From positions 576,001 through 640,000 of the forward strand of contig CAWJSJ010000005.1 in NCBI GenBank assembly GCA_963845565.1: DNA of 64,000 nt, written 5' to 3'. Every line of letters begins with the position of its first letter. Position 1 is the stretch's first letter. A program made the position numbers and the translations under genes. Of this stretch, positions 50,066 to 59,335 are shown piece by piece. The DNA is from an uncultured Methylomirabilota bacterium (GTDB lineage: Bacteria > Methylomirabilota > Methylomirabilia > Methylomirabilales > 2-02-FULL-66-22). Under the pieces are notes generated by a model. The model saw only the letters and a program-made list of their open reading frames with translations. It was not told where the DNA came from and did no database searches.

Positions 50066-51445
50066 ATGAGCCACGAAGAGATCTGGATCGTCGACGACGA
50101 AAAGAACATCCGAAGCTCCCTGGAAGCCATCCTGAAGGATGAGGGCTACCGGGTCCGGGGCGCCGCAACGGGGGAGGAGTTGCTGAAGCAGGCGGCTCAG
50201 GCGACTCCCGACCTGGTGATCCTGGACGTGTGGCTTCCGGGAATAGACGGGTTGCAGGCGCTGGAAGAGGTCAAGCGCCTCCATCCGGAGTTGCCGGTCA
50301 TCATGATCTCGGGCCACTCGACGGTGGAGACGGCGGTCAAGGCCACCAAACTCGGGGCCTACGACTTCATCGAAAAGCCGTTGAGTCTGGAGAAAACCGT
50401 CCTGGCGGTGAAGAACGCCCTGGACCGGCACCGCCTGGAGCAGGAGAACCTGGCCCTACGGCGGACGCTGGGGCAACGCTACGAGATCGTGGGGGAGAGC
50501 CCGGCGATCCAGGCCCTTCGCGCGCAAATTCAATCGGCGGCGCCGAGCCATGGCCGCGTCCTGATTCGCGGAGAGAGCGGGACCGGTAAGGAGCTGATCG
50601 CCCGGGCCATTCACCGGTATAGCCTCCGGACCGACAAGCCGTTCGTGGAAGTCAACTGCGCGGCGATCCCCGATGAGCTGATCGAGAGTGAGCTCTTCGG
50701 CCACGAGCGGGGCGCCTTCACGGGTGCGACCACCAAGCGGCGCGGAAAGTTCGAGGTAGCAGACGGCGGGACGATCTTCCTGGATGAGGTGGGCGACATG
50801 AGCCTCAAGACCCAGGCGAAGGTCCTCCGGGTTCTGCAGGAACAGACGTTCGAGCGCGTCGGGGGCAGCGATACGCTGACCGTGGATGTCCGCGTGATCG
50901 CCGCGTCGAACAAGAACCTGGAGGAGGACATCCGGACGGGCCACTTCCGGGAGGATCTCTTCTACCGGCTGAACGTGATCCCCTTCGATGTCCCACCACT
51001 CCGGGAGCGGCGGGAGGACATCGCGCTGCTGGCGACCCACTTCCTGGACCTGTTCTCGCGCGAGTACGGAAAGCGGCAGAAGGCCCTGCGGCCCGAGGCC
51101 ATGGCGCTGCTGCTGCAGTACGCGTGGCCCGGGAACGTTCGCGAGCTGCGAAACGTCATCGAGCGAATGGTGATCATGGTGCCGCAGGAATCGATCGGGT
51201 TCGACGACCTGGCGTCGTCGCTCCGGCTGCGGGGCCCCAGCGAGGCGCCGGCCGCAGCCGGCCCGGCCGACACGGTGGAGGGGTCGCTGCGGGAGGCGCG
51301 AGACGAATTCGAAAAAGCGTTTATCCTCCGCCGGTTGCGGGAAACGCACTGGAACATCACCCGGGCGGCCGAGCGCCTGGGGATCGAGCGCAGCAACTTG
51401 CACCGGAAGATGAAGGCGTATGGGATCGAGGGGCCGAGGAATTAG
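50066..51445 (+). CDS. NtrX/NtrC-like sigma54-dependent response regulator
   Basis: REC domain; GESGTGKE, ESELFGHERGAFTGA, WPGNVREL; Fis-type HTH; intact GAFTGA. Confidence 0.95.
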   Translation: MSHEEIWIVDDEKNIRSSLEAILKDEGYRVRGAATGEELLKQAAQATPDLVILDVWLPGIDGLQALEEVKRLHPELPVIMISGHSTVETAVKATKLGAYDFIEKPLSLEKTVLAVKNALDRHRLEQENLALRRTLGQRYEIVGESPAIQALRAQIQSAAPSHGRVLIRGESGTGKELIARAIHRYSLRTDKPFVEVNCAAIPDELIESELFGHERGAFTGATTKRRGKFEVADGGTIFLDEVGDMSLKTQAKVLRVLQEQTFERVGGSDTLTVDVRVIAASNKNLEEDIRTGHFREDLFYRLNVIPFDVPPLRERREDIALLATHFLDLFSREYGKRQKALRPEAMALLLQYAWPGNVRELRNVIERMVIMVPQESIGFDDLASSLRLRGPSEAPAAAGPADTVEGSLREARDEFEKAFILRRLRETHWNITRAAERLGIERSNLHRKMKAYGIEGPRN

Positions 51446-51474
51446 CAGGCTGATGTCCGGGGTGGGGTTCGGCC

Positions 51475-51996
51475 ATGCTGGATGACGCGATCCGAAAGCG
51501 CGTGATGGCCGTGCTGGCGCCCCTGCGCGTGGTCTACGGCGCCATGGTCGGCTCCATTCTGGCGTACTGGATCGTGGTCCAGGTGATCCGCAAGGTCGGG
51601 CAGATCCCGCGAGGGCGCGACATCTTCGCCGCGGTGGATTGGATGCGGTACCCCCTGTACGTTCTGGGGGTCGCCGCCTGCATCGCGATCTTGATCTTGC
51701 GCCGGCGCCTGTTTCAACCGGAGGCGCTGGTTCGACGATCCGCCGGCCGGTCCCTGCCCGAGGTCCTGTCCATTCTCTCCTCGAATCAAGTCCTGATCTT
51801 CGCGTTGGCAGAGGTTCCGGTAATCCTCGGGCTGGCGTTGTATTTCGTGGGTGGGTATCTTCTGGACTTTTATGCGCTGGCCGCGGTATCGGTGGTGGCG
51901 TTCGCGCTGGCGTTCCCATCTGCGGGCGACTGGGAGCAGGCGCTCGGACAGATTCGCGCCTCGCGCCCCGAGTTGTTTTCTCCGCCCGAGGCCTGA
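51475..51996 (+). CDS. Hypothetical 4-TM membrane protein
   Basis: Four hydrophobic segments, FALAE..ILGL, FP. Confidence 0.7.
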   Translation: MLDDAIRKRVMAVLAPLRVVYGAMVGSILAYWIVVQVIRKVGQIPRGRDIFAAVDWMRYPLYVLGVAACIAILILRRRLFQPEALVRRSAGRSLPEVLSILSSNQVLIFALAEVPVILGLALYFVGGYLLDFYALAAVSVVAFALAFPSAGDWEQALGQIRASRPELFSPPEA

Positions 51997-52016
51997 CAGC
52001 GCGCAGAGACGGACGA

Positions 52017-52838
52017 ATGCCCGAACTGCCGGAAGTCGAGGTGATACGGCAAGCCCTGGCGCCCTTGGTCGTGCGCCGCCGGATCGAGGCGGCCGAGATC
52101 CGCGAGCCGCGTCTGACGCGGCGTGGCGGGACGCCGTCGCAGATCGCATCGGCCCTGGCGGGCCAGACCGTGGCGGCCCTGCGCCGGCGGGGCAAATATT
52201 TCCTCTTCGAACTGGGCCGCGAGTGTCTCGTCGTGCACCTCGGCATGACCGGACAGCTTCTCTGGTGGAACGCGCGCGCGGAGTTCCGGCCGGATACCCA
52301 CACCCATGCCCACCTGTCGTTCGACGGGGGCGGGATCCTCTCGTACCGGGACAGCCGAAAGTTCGGCCAGATCTTTTTGCTGCCGACGGCGGCGGTGGAC
52401 CGCACACTCGGCATCGGGGTGGAGCCGCTGGACGCCGGTTTTACCCTCGAGGTCTTCGAGCGGATCTGCCGCGCGTCCGCGGTCCGCCTCAAGCCGTTTC
52501 TCCTGGATCAACGCAAGGTCGCCGGGATCGGAAACATCTATGCGGATGAAGCCCTTTTTCGCGCCGGCGTCCGGCCCACGCGGCGGGCGTCGTCCCTGCG
52601 CCGGGTCGAGGTCCAGGCCCTGCGGCGAGCGATCCGGGCCGTCCTGCGTGCCGGCATCCGGCATCGCGGCAGCTCCATCTCGGACTTCCGCGACCCGTGC
52701 GGAGAACCTGGCCACTTTGCGCCCCTCCATCGCGTGTATCACCGTCACGGCGAGCCGTGCGTCACCTGCCGGACGCCCATCCGCCGCATCGTCTTGGGCC
52801 AGCGCGGGACGCATTTCTGCCCCACCTGCCAGCGGTAA
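52017..52838 (+). CDS. mutM: Formamidopyrimidine-DNA glycosylase
   Basis: MPELPEVE, RRGKY, HLGMTG, GIGNIYADE, CVTC...CPTCQ. Confidence 0.97.
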   Translation: MPELPEVEVIRQALAPLVVRRRIEAAEIREPRLTRRGGTPSQIASALAGQTVAALRRRGKYFLFELGRECLVVHLGMTGQLLWWNARAEFRPDTHTHAHLSFDGGGILSYRDSRKFGQIFLLPTAAVDRTLGIGVEPLDAGFTLEVFERICRASAVRLKPFLLDQRKVAGIGNIYADEALFRAGVRPTRRASSLRRVEVQALRRAIRAVLRAGIRHRGSSISDFRDPCGEPGHFAPLHRVYHRHGEPCVTCRTPIRRIVLGQRGTHFCPTCQR

Positions 52839-52858
52839 ACCGGGTGCACCGTCGGCGG

Positions 52859-52963
52859 TAAGCCGTTGTCAAAGAATACGTTGAGCGGAGACATTCCGAA
52901 ACGGCATAAGGAGCCGTAACGAAATAGAAAGAGATGTATAGGTTATTTCGTAACGGCTCCTAA
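52859..52963. mobile_element. Family E MITE-like element, copy 3
   Basis: Nearly identical to 43091-43195. Confidence 0.85.
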
Positions 52964-52982
52964 GGCGCCGCGGTGGAGTGAG

Positions 52983-54710
52983 ATGACGAACCCAGCGATC
53001 GCCGCCCTGTTCAACGAGATTGCCGACTTCCTGGAGATCAAGGGAGACAACCCCTTCCGCGTCCGGGCCTATCGGCGGGCCGCGGAAACGGCGGCGGGGT
53101 TGGCGGAGGATCTGGCGGCGGTCGCGGCGCGCGGCGGTCTGCTGGAGATCCCGGGGATCGGGAAAGACCTGGCGGCGAAAATCCAGGAATACCTCGACCA
53201 GGGGAGGGTCGAGTACCTGGAGGGGCTCCGCCGAGAGATCCCTCCGGGCGTGGTCGAGCTGATGCGCATCCACGGCGTCGGGCCGAAGACGGCGAAGCTG
53301 CTCTACGAGCGGGCCGGCGTGGACTCGGTCGAGAAGCTCGAGGCGCTGGCGCAGGCGCACAAGCTGGTCGGCATCCCCGGCATCCAGGCCAAGACCGAGG
53401 AGAACATCCTCAAGGGGATCGCCGTCTGGAAGAGCGGGCAGGAGCGCATGCCGCTCGGCGCCGCGCTCCCCTTGGCCGAGGCGATCGTGGCGGCGCTCCG
53501 GTCGCACGGCGCGGTGGAGCGGATCGCGCTGGCGGGAAGCCTTCGCCGGATGAAGGAGACGGTCAAGGACATCGACGTCCTGGTGACCTCGACGACGCCG
53601 GCGCGGGTCATGGAGGTCTTCCTGGCGCTCCCGAATGTGGCGGATGTCCTGGTGCATGGGGATACCAAGTCCAGCGTTCGCCTGCGGGAGAAGATCCAGG
53701 TGGACCTCCGGGTCGTGGAGCCGGCATGCTTCGGCGCTGCCCTCCAGTACTTCACCGGTTCCAAGCAGCATAACATCCGGGTCCGCGAGTTGGCCCAGCG
53801 GCGCGGGCTGAAGGTGAACGAGTACGGGGTGTTCGACGAGAAGGCGGATCGCCGCGTGAGCGGCGCCACGGAAGAGGAGGTCTATGGCGCCGTCGGCCTC
53901 CCGTGCATTCCGCCGGAGATCCGGGAGGACGGCGGCGAGATCGAGGCCGCGCTGGAAGGCCGGCTGCCGACGCTGGTGACACTCGACGAGATCCGGGGGG
54001 ACCTGCAGCTGCACACGACGTGGAGCGACGGGGTCCATTCGCTGGGGGAGCTTGCAGCCGGCGTCCGGTCCCGGGGCTATCAGTACATGGCGGTCACCGA
54101 CCACTCCAAGTCCTCCACGGTCGCCGGCGGCATGGACGAGGCGCGGGTGGTCGGGATGATTGCCGAGGTCCGGGCGCTCAACAAGCGGCTGAAGGGGTTC
54201 CGCGTGCTGGCGGGTTGCGAGGTGGATATCCGGGCCGACGGGAGTCTGGATTTTCCGGACGAGATCCTGGTCCAGCTTGACCTCGTGCAGGTGTCCGTCC
54301 ACTCCCGCTTCAAGATGAGCCGCGAGGAGATGACGGCGCGGATCGTCCGCGCCGTCCGGCATCCGCTGGTGCATATTCTCGGCCATCCGACGGGTCGGCT
54401 GATCGGCGAGCGCGCCGCCTACGCGCTGGACATGGACGCGGTCCTCCAGGCGGCCAGGGCGGCGGGTATCGCGGTGGAGATCAACGCGTCGCCGTCGCGT
54501 CTGGATCTGAACGACGTGCACGCGCGGCGCGCCCGGGATCTCGGCATCCCCATCACCATCAGTACCGATGCTCACGCCATCGCCCAGCTGGACTTCATGC
54601 GGTACGGGGTGGCGGTGGCGCGGCGGGCGTGGCTCACGGCCCCGGACATCCTCAACACGCGGCCGGAACGGGCTCTCTCGTCCTGGCTGAAGGCGCGTTC
54701 CCCTCGGTAG
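52983..54710 (+). CDS. polX: DNA polymerase X with PHP domain
   Basis: NPFRVRAY, GVGPK, GSLRR..KDID, VDLR, YFTGSK; PHP motifs DLQLHT, TDHS, HPTGR, TDAH. Confidence 0.95.
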   Translation: MTNPAIAALFNEIADFLEIKGDNPFRVRAYRRAAETAAGLAEDLAAVAARGGLLEIPGIGKDLAAKIQEYLDQGRVEYLEGLRREIPPGVVELMRIHGVGPKTAKLLYERAGVDSVEKLEALAQAHKLVGIPGIQAKTEENILKGIAVWKSGQERMPLGAALPLAEAIVAALRSHGAVERIALAGSLRRMKETVKDIDVLVTSTTPARVMEVFLALPNVADVLVHGDTKSSVRLREKIQVDLRVVEPACFGAALQYFTGSKQHNIRVRELAQRRGLKVNEYGVFDEKADRRVSGATEEEVYGAVGLPCIPPEIREDGGEIEAALEGRLPTLVTLDEIRGDLQLHTTWSDGVHSLGELAAGVRSRGYQYMAVTDHSKSSTVAGGMDEARVVGMIAEVRALNKRLKGFRVLAGCEVDIRADGSLDFPDEILVQLDLVQVSVHSRFKMSREEMTARIVRAVRHPLVHILGHPTGRLIGERAAYALDMDAVLQAARAAGIAVEINASPSRLDLNDVHARRARDLGIPITISTDAHAIAQLDFMRYGVAVARRAWLTAPDILNTRPERALSSWLKARSPR

Positions 54711-54880
54711 ACGCGGGGACCGACCGAACGGCGATGCGCCGGGCCACCGGTGCGCCGCGCCAGGGTTGACGCGGTCCGAACGGCGCGGTAGTATGCCGCC
54801 CGTGTGGATGGGTTTCCTCGCGAACGGCGACGCGCGCGACGTCGTCACGCCCACGAATCTGCCGCCAAGGAGAGCGAGTT

Positions 54881-56680
54881 ATGGCGCCTTTCACGACACG
54901 CCCCGTCGTCATGGGAACGCGCGGCGTGGTCACCTCGGGACACTACCTGGCCACCGCCGCCGGCTTCCGGATCATGGAGCGAGGCGGCAACGCCATCGAC
55001 GCCGCTGCCGCCATGGGCTTCTGCCTGAACCTGCTCGAGCCGCAAAGCAACGGGATCGGCGGGGAGGTCCCGACGCTCATTTACTCGGCGGCAGAGGGGA
55101 AGGCCTTTGCGATCAGCGGCGTCGGCTGGAACGCTGCGGCCTTCACGATTGACTGGTGCCGGGAGCACGGCATCGACCTCATCCCGGGCGACGGCTTCTT
55201 GCCGGCCTGCGTGCCGGCGCCGGTGGACACCTGGGCGACGGCGCTCGCCCGCTTCGGGACCCTGCGTTTCGCGGATATCCTCCAACCCGCGATCGAACTC
55301 GCCGAGCACGGCTTCCCCATCTACGACGGGTTGCATGAGCATCTGGTGGCCAACCGGGAGAAATATCTGACGCGGTATCCGACCACCGGCGAACTGTATC
55401 TCCCGGGCGGGCGCGTGCCCGAGGTCGGGGAGGTCTGGCGGAACCCTGACTGGGCCAACGTCCTCAAGCGGCTGTGCCGGGCCGAGGCGGCGGCATCGCC
55501 CCGGGGGCGGATCGCGGGCATCGAGGCGGCGCGGGATGCGTTCTACACGGGGGAGGTGGCGGAGCGCATCCTGGCCTTCATCGCCGAGCACCCGGTGGAG
55601 GATGCCAGCGGGAGCGTGCATGCGGGGCTCCTGTCGGCCGCGGACCTGGCCGAGTGGCGCGCCACGGTCGAGGAGCCGGTGCAAATCTCCTTCGGGGACT
55701 TGGAGGTCCACAAGTGCCCGACCTGGACGCAAGGGCCGGTGTTCCTGCAGCACCTGGCGCTTCTCGCCGGGGACGACCTGAAGGCGCTCGGTCCGAACTC
55801 GGCAGACTACCTCCACCTGTTCATCGAGTCCGCCAAGCTGGCATTCGCGGATCGTGAGGCCTACTACGGCGACCCGCGCTTCGACACGGTGCCCCTGGAC
55901 GTCTTGCTCTCGCCGGCGTACACGGCCAAGCGGCGGGCGCTGATCGGCGCCGAGGCCTGTCCGCACTTCCGGCCGGGCGACGTGGGGCAGGGGGTACCCC
56001 CCTACGCCACCTTCAACGTGCAGGAGGACAACCGCCGTGCCCTCCACGTCACCGGGCGCGCGGTGAAAGACCTGGGGTTGGGCCACTCCCACGTGGGCGA
56101 CACGACCCATCTGGACGCGGTGGACCGCCAGGGGAACATGGTGGCGGCGACCCCCAGCGGCGGCTGGCTGGCGGATTCCCCGGTGATTCGGGGACTCGGC
56201 TTTCCGCTGGGGAGCCGGGGTCAGATGTTCTACCTGAACGCGGCGCGCCCCAATGCCCTGGCGCCCCGCAAGCGCCCGCGGGCCACGCTGACGCCCTCGC
56301 TCGTCACCCGGGGCGGCAAGCCCTTCATGGTCTTCGGCACGCCGGGCGGGGATGGGCAGGAGCAATGGACGCTCCAGTTCTTCCTGAACCACGTGGTCTT
56401 CGGGATGAATCTGCAGGAGGCGCTGGACGTCCCCACGGTCACCTGCGTCCACTTCCCGTCGTCCTTCTACCCGCGGCCGGCCTATCCCAACCGGGTGGAG
56501 GTCGAGGGGCGCCTCGACCGGGCGGTCCTCCAGGAATTGGAGCGGCGAGGCCACGAGGTCAAGACGATCGATGCCTGGGCCAACGGCAAGGTGATGGGAA
56601 TCCGGTTCGATCGGGAGCGAGGGGTGATCGCGGGGGCGGCGTCTCCGCGACGGAGCATCGGATACGCGCTGGGCTGGTGA
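54881..56680 (+). CDS. ggt: Gamma-glutamyltransferase family protein
   Basis: GGNAIDAA, GIGG, AFADRE.YYGDP, DTTH nucleophile Thr, KRPRATLTP, GTPGGD. Confidence 0.92.
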   Translation: MAPFTTRPVVMGTRGVVTSGHYLATAAGFRIMERGGNAIDAAAAMGFCLNLLEPQSNGIGGEVPTLIYSAAEGKAFAISGVGWNAAAFTIDWCREHGIDLIPGDGFLPACVPAPVDTWATALARFGTLRFADILQPAIELAEHGFPIYDGLHEHLVANREKYLTRYPTTGELYLPGGRVPEVGEVWRNPDWANVLKRLCRAEAAASPRGRIAGIEAARDAFYTGEVAERILAFIAEHPVEDASGSVHAGLLSAADLAEWRATVEEPVQISFGDLEVHKCPTWTQGPVFLQHLALLAGDDLKALGPNSADYLHLFIESAKLAFADREAYYGDPRFDTVPLDVLLSPAYTAKRRALIGAEACPHFRPGDVGQGVPPYATFNVQEDNRRALHVTGRAVKDLGLGHSHVGDTTHLDAVDRQGNMVAATPSGGWLADSPVIRGLGFPLGSRGQMFYLNAARPNALAPRKRPRATLTPSLVTRGGKPFMVFGTPGGDGQEQWTLQFFLNHVVFGMNLQEALDVPTVTCVHFPSSFYPRPAYPNRVEVEGRLDRAVLQELERRGHEVKTIDAWANGKVMGIRFDRERGVIAGAASPRRSIGYALGW

Positions 56681-56729
56681 GCCGGGCGGCGGCCGGGCGA
56701 CAGCGTGGCCGACACGGGGACTGACATCC

Positions 56730-57407
56730 ATGATCGATCTTCACACCTTCTCCATCGTCGCCCGCGATCCCATTGGCGCGTTCGGTGTGGCGGTGGCCAC
56801 GGCGCGTCCGAGCGTGGGAAGCCTGGTGCCCTTCGTGTCACCGGCCGGGGCGATCGCTACCCAAGCGCGGGTGAACACCGAACTCGGCAGGCGCGGCCTG
56901 GCCTTGCTGGAGCAGGGGGTGCCGGTCCAGACTGCGCTCCGCGCGCTCCTGGCCGAGGACGCGGACCGGGAGATCCGCCAGATCCACGGTGTCGACGGGA
57001 CGCGGGTCTTTTGCCACACGGGGGCGCGATGCGTCTCCTGGTGCGGGCACCACGCGGGCGACGGCTTCACCGTGGCGGGAAACATGCTGGCGGGGCCGCA
57101 GGTGATCGCCGCCATGGTCGAGGCCTACGGCGCCGCCCGCGGCGAGCAGCGGGAGCTCTCGGAGTGTCTCCTGGCGGCCTTGGAGGCGGGGCAGAACGCG
57201 GGTGGGGACAAGCGCGGCAAGCAATCGGCCGCGCTCTTGGTGGCCAGCCCGGAGCCGCGGATGTACCACAACCTGCGCGTGGACGAGCACGCAACCCCGG
57301 TGGCCGAACTGCGGCGGATCTACGAGGTGGTTGGGGAGCACTCCCGACAGATCGAGCGCGAGTACGGCCCCGAGGGACTCCGCCTGTTCGGGCGGGTGAA
57401 GTACTGA
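56730..57407 (+). CDS. DUF1028 family protein
   Basis: TFSIVARD, GVAVA, AIATQA, AGNML, AGGDKRGKQSAAL, LRVDEH. Confidence 0.9.
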   Translation: MIDLHTFSIVARDPIGAFGVAVATARPSVGSLVPFVSPAGAIATQARVNTELGRRGLALLEQGVPVQTALRALLAEDADREIRQIHGVDGTRVFCHTGARCVSWCGHHAGDGFTVAGNMLAGPQVIAAMVEAYGAARGEQRELSECLLAALEAGQNAGGDKRGKQSAALLVASPEPRMYHNLRVDEHATPVAELRRIYEVVGEHSRQIEREYGPEGLRLFGRVKY

Positions 57408-57412
57408 GCGTC

Positions 57413-58303
57413 TCAGTAATCCTTCGGGTCCAGGAAATCCCGCAGGCCGTCGCCGGCCAGGTTGAAGGAGAGGGCGAGGAAGAAGATGGCGAGGCCGGGC
57501 CACCAGGCCATCCAGGGGGCGGTCTCGAGGAACTGCTGGGCGGTGTTCAACATGGTGCCCCAGCTGGGGGTGGGCGGCTGGACGCCCAGGCCGAGGAAGG
57601 AGAGGATGGCCTCCGCGATGATCGCGCTCGGGATCGAGACGGTGGCTTGAACGAGCAGGGCGCTGAAGATGTTGGGGAGAATGTGGCGCAGCATCATCCG
57701 CACGTCCCCGCCACCCAGGGCCCGCGCGCTCTGGACGTAGTCCTCCTGCACGGTACCCAGCACCAGCCCACGAGTCAACCGAATGTAGGTCGGCGTGGCC
57801 GCCATGCCGATGGCCACGGTGGCGTTGGTCAGGGATGGCCCAAGGATGGTGACCAGGCCGATGGCGAGGATCAGGAACGGAAAGGACAGCCAGGCGTCCG
57901 TCAGCCGCATGATCACCTGATCGACCGTGCGCCGGTAGTAGCCCGCCACGAGCCCGGTCGGGACCCCCACGGCAATCGCCAAGAGGATCGAGAAGACGCC
58001 CGCCTGCATCGAGGTGCGCGCCCCCCAGACCACGCGCGAATAGACGTCCCGTCCCAGATCATCCGTTCCGAAGAGGTGCGCCACCGTCGGCGCCTTGCGG
58101 ATCTGGCTCCAGTTGGTCCGGATGGGGTCCCCCGTCGCCAGCCACGGCGCGGCGAGCGCCATCAAGAGGAACAGGAACACGACCACGGCCCCGACGACCG
58201 CGGGGGGCCGGCGCAGGGCGCGGCGCCACGTCCGCCGCCGCCGCGGGGCCGACGCAGCGTGCTCCGCGCCTGCAGGCATGGCCGTGCCGTCGCTAGGACT
58301 CAT
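57413..58303 (-). CDS. Peptide ABC transporter permease (DppC/OppC-like)
   Basis: HLFGTDDLGRDVYSR, YVQSARALG, HILPN, LSFLGLG..PPTPSWG, GDGLRD. Confidence 0.93.
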   Translation of the reverse strand: MSPSDGTAMPAGAEHAASAPRRRRTWRRALRRPPAVVGAVVVFLFLLMALAAPWLATGDPIRTNWSQIRKAPTVAHLFGTDDLGRDVYSRVVWGARTSMQAGVFSILLAIAVGVPTGLVAGYYRRTVDQVIMRLTDAWLSFPFLILAIGLVTILGPSLTNATVAIGMAATPTYIRLTRGLVLGTVQEDYVQSARALGGGDVRMMLRHILPNIFSALLVQATVSIPSAIIAEAILSFLGLGVQPPTPSWGTMLNTAQQFLETAPWMAWWPGLAIFFLALSFNLAGDGLRDFLDPKDY

Positions 58304-59256
58304 CCGCCGACCCTTTCACACGGATGCGTGGATTCATGAGCGAGTAAGACACGTCCACCAGCAGGTTGATCAGAACGTAGGCGCTGGCCGTGATCAGGAC
58401 GACCCCCTGGACCAGCGGGTAATCCCGGGTGAACACCGCCTCCACGATGAGTCGCCCGAAACCGGGAACCACGAAGATCTGCTCGGTCACCACGGCCCCG
58501 CCCATCAGGGTTCCCATCTGGAGCCCCAGGATCGTGACGATGGGGATGAGTCCGTTCCGGAGCGCATGCCGGAACACCACCACCCGCTCGGCCAGTCCCT
58601 TGCTGTAAGCGGTCCGGATGTAATTGGCGCTCAACACCTCGATCATGCTGTTCCTGGTCTGGCGCATCAGCACCGCCGCCAGTGCCGCGCCGAGGACAAA
58701 GGCGGGCATGATCATGCGCTGCAGGTTGCCCAGGGGGTCGTCGAGGAACGGGACGAAGCCCGAGGCGGGAAGCACGTGGAGCCGGACCGAGAGAAAGAGA
58801 ATCAGCATGATCCCCAGCCAGAAACTGGGGATCGAGACGCCGCACAGGGATACGGCATTCGCCAGGAGATCCCACACCGTGTTCCGACGGATGGCCGAGA
58901 AGATGCCGGCCGGGATCGCGATCCCGATGGCGATGACCAAGGCGAAGGCGGCGAGCTGCATCGTGATCGGGAGCTTCATGGCCACCGTCTTGACCACCGG
59001 CTCCCGCGTGCGGATGGACTCGCCCAGATCCCCCTGGAGGGCGAGGGTCGAGCCAACGGAGGTACTGGACAGGGATGGGGTCGGTCAGGCCGTATTTCAC
59101 CCGGATCTCCTGCAATCCGGCCTCGTCGGCGTCCGTTCCGGCCAAAACGCGGGCGGGGTCGCCCGGGATCATGCGGACGCCCGTGAAGACGATGAGGGTA
59201 ATCAGGAGGAAGGTGACGGTGGAGATGGCGATTCGCCGAGCCAAGAAGTCGAGCAC
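58293..59256 (-). CDS. Peptide ABC transporter permease (DppB/OppB-like), frameshift near 59050
   Basis: PGDPA..GLTDPIPVQY in one frame; GDLGES, YIRTAYSKG, HALRN, RDYP in another. Confidence 0.85.
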
Positions 59257-59307
59257 GGGTCAATCCCGGGTCCCGTCCCGCGCATCGCGCGCGACACGGG
59301 ACCCCGT

Positions 59308-59335
59308 AGATGGGCCGTTTTCAGCAGCCTGTTAA
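59308..59335. repeat. Family D end fragment at the stop codon of the SBP gene
   Basis: Minus strand TAA-CAGGCTGCTGAAAACGGCCCATCT. Confidence 0.6.
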
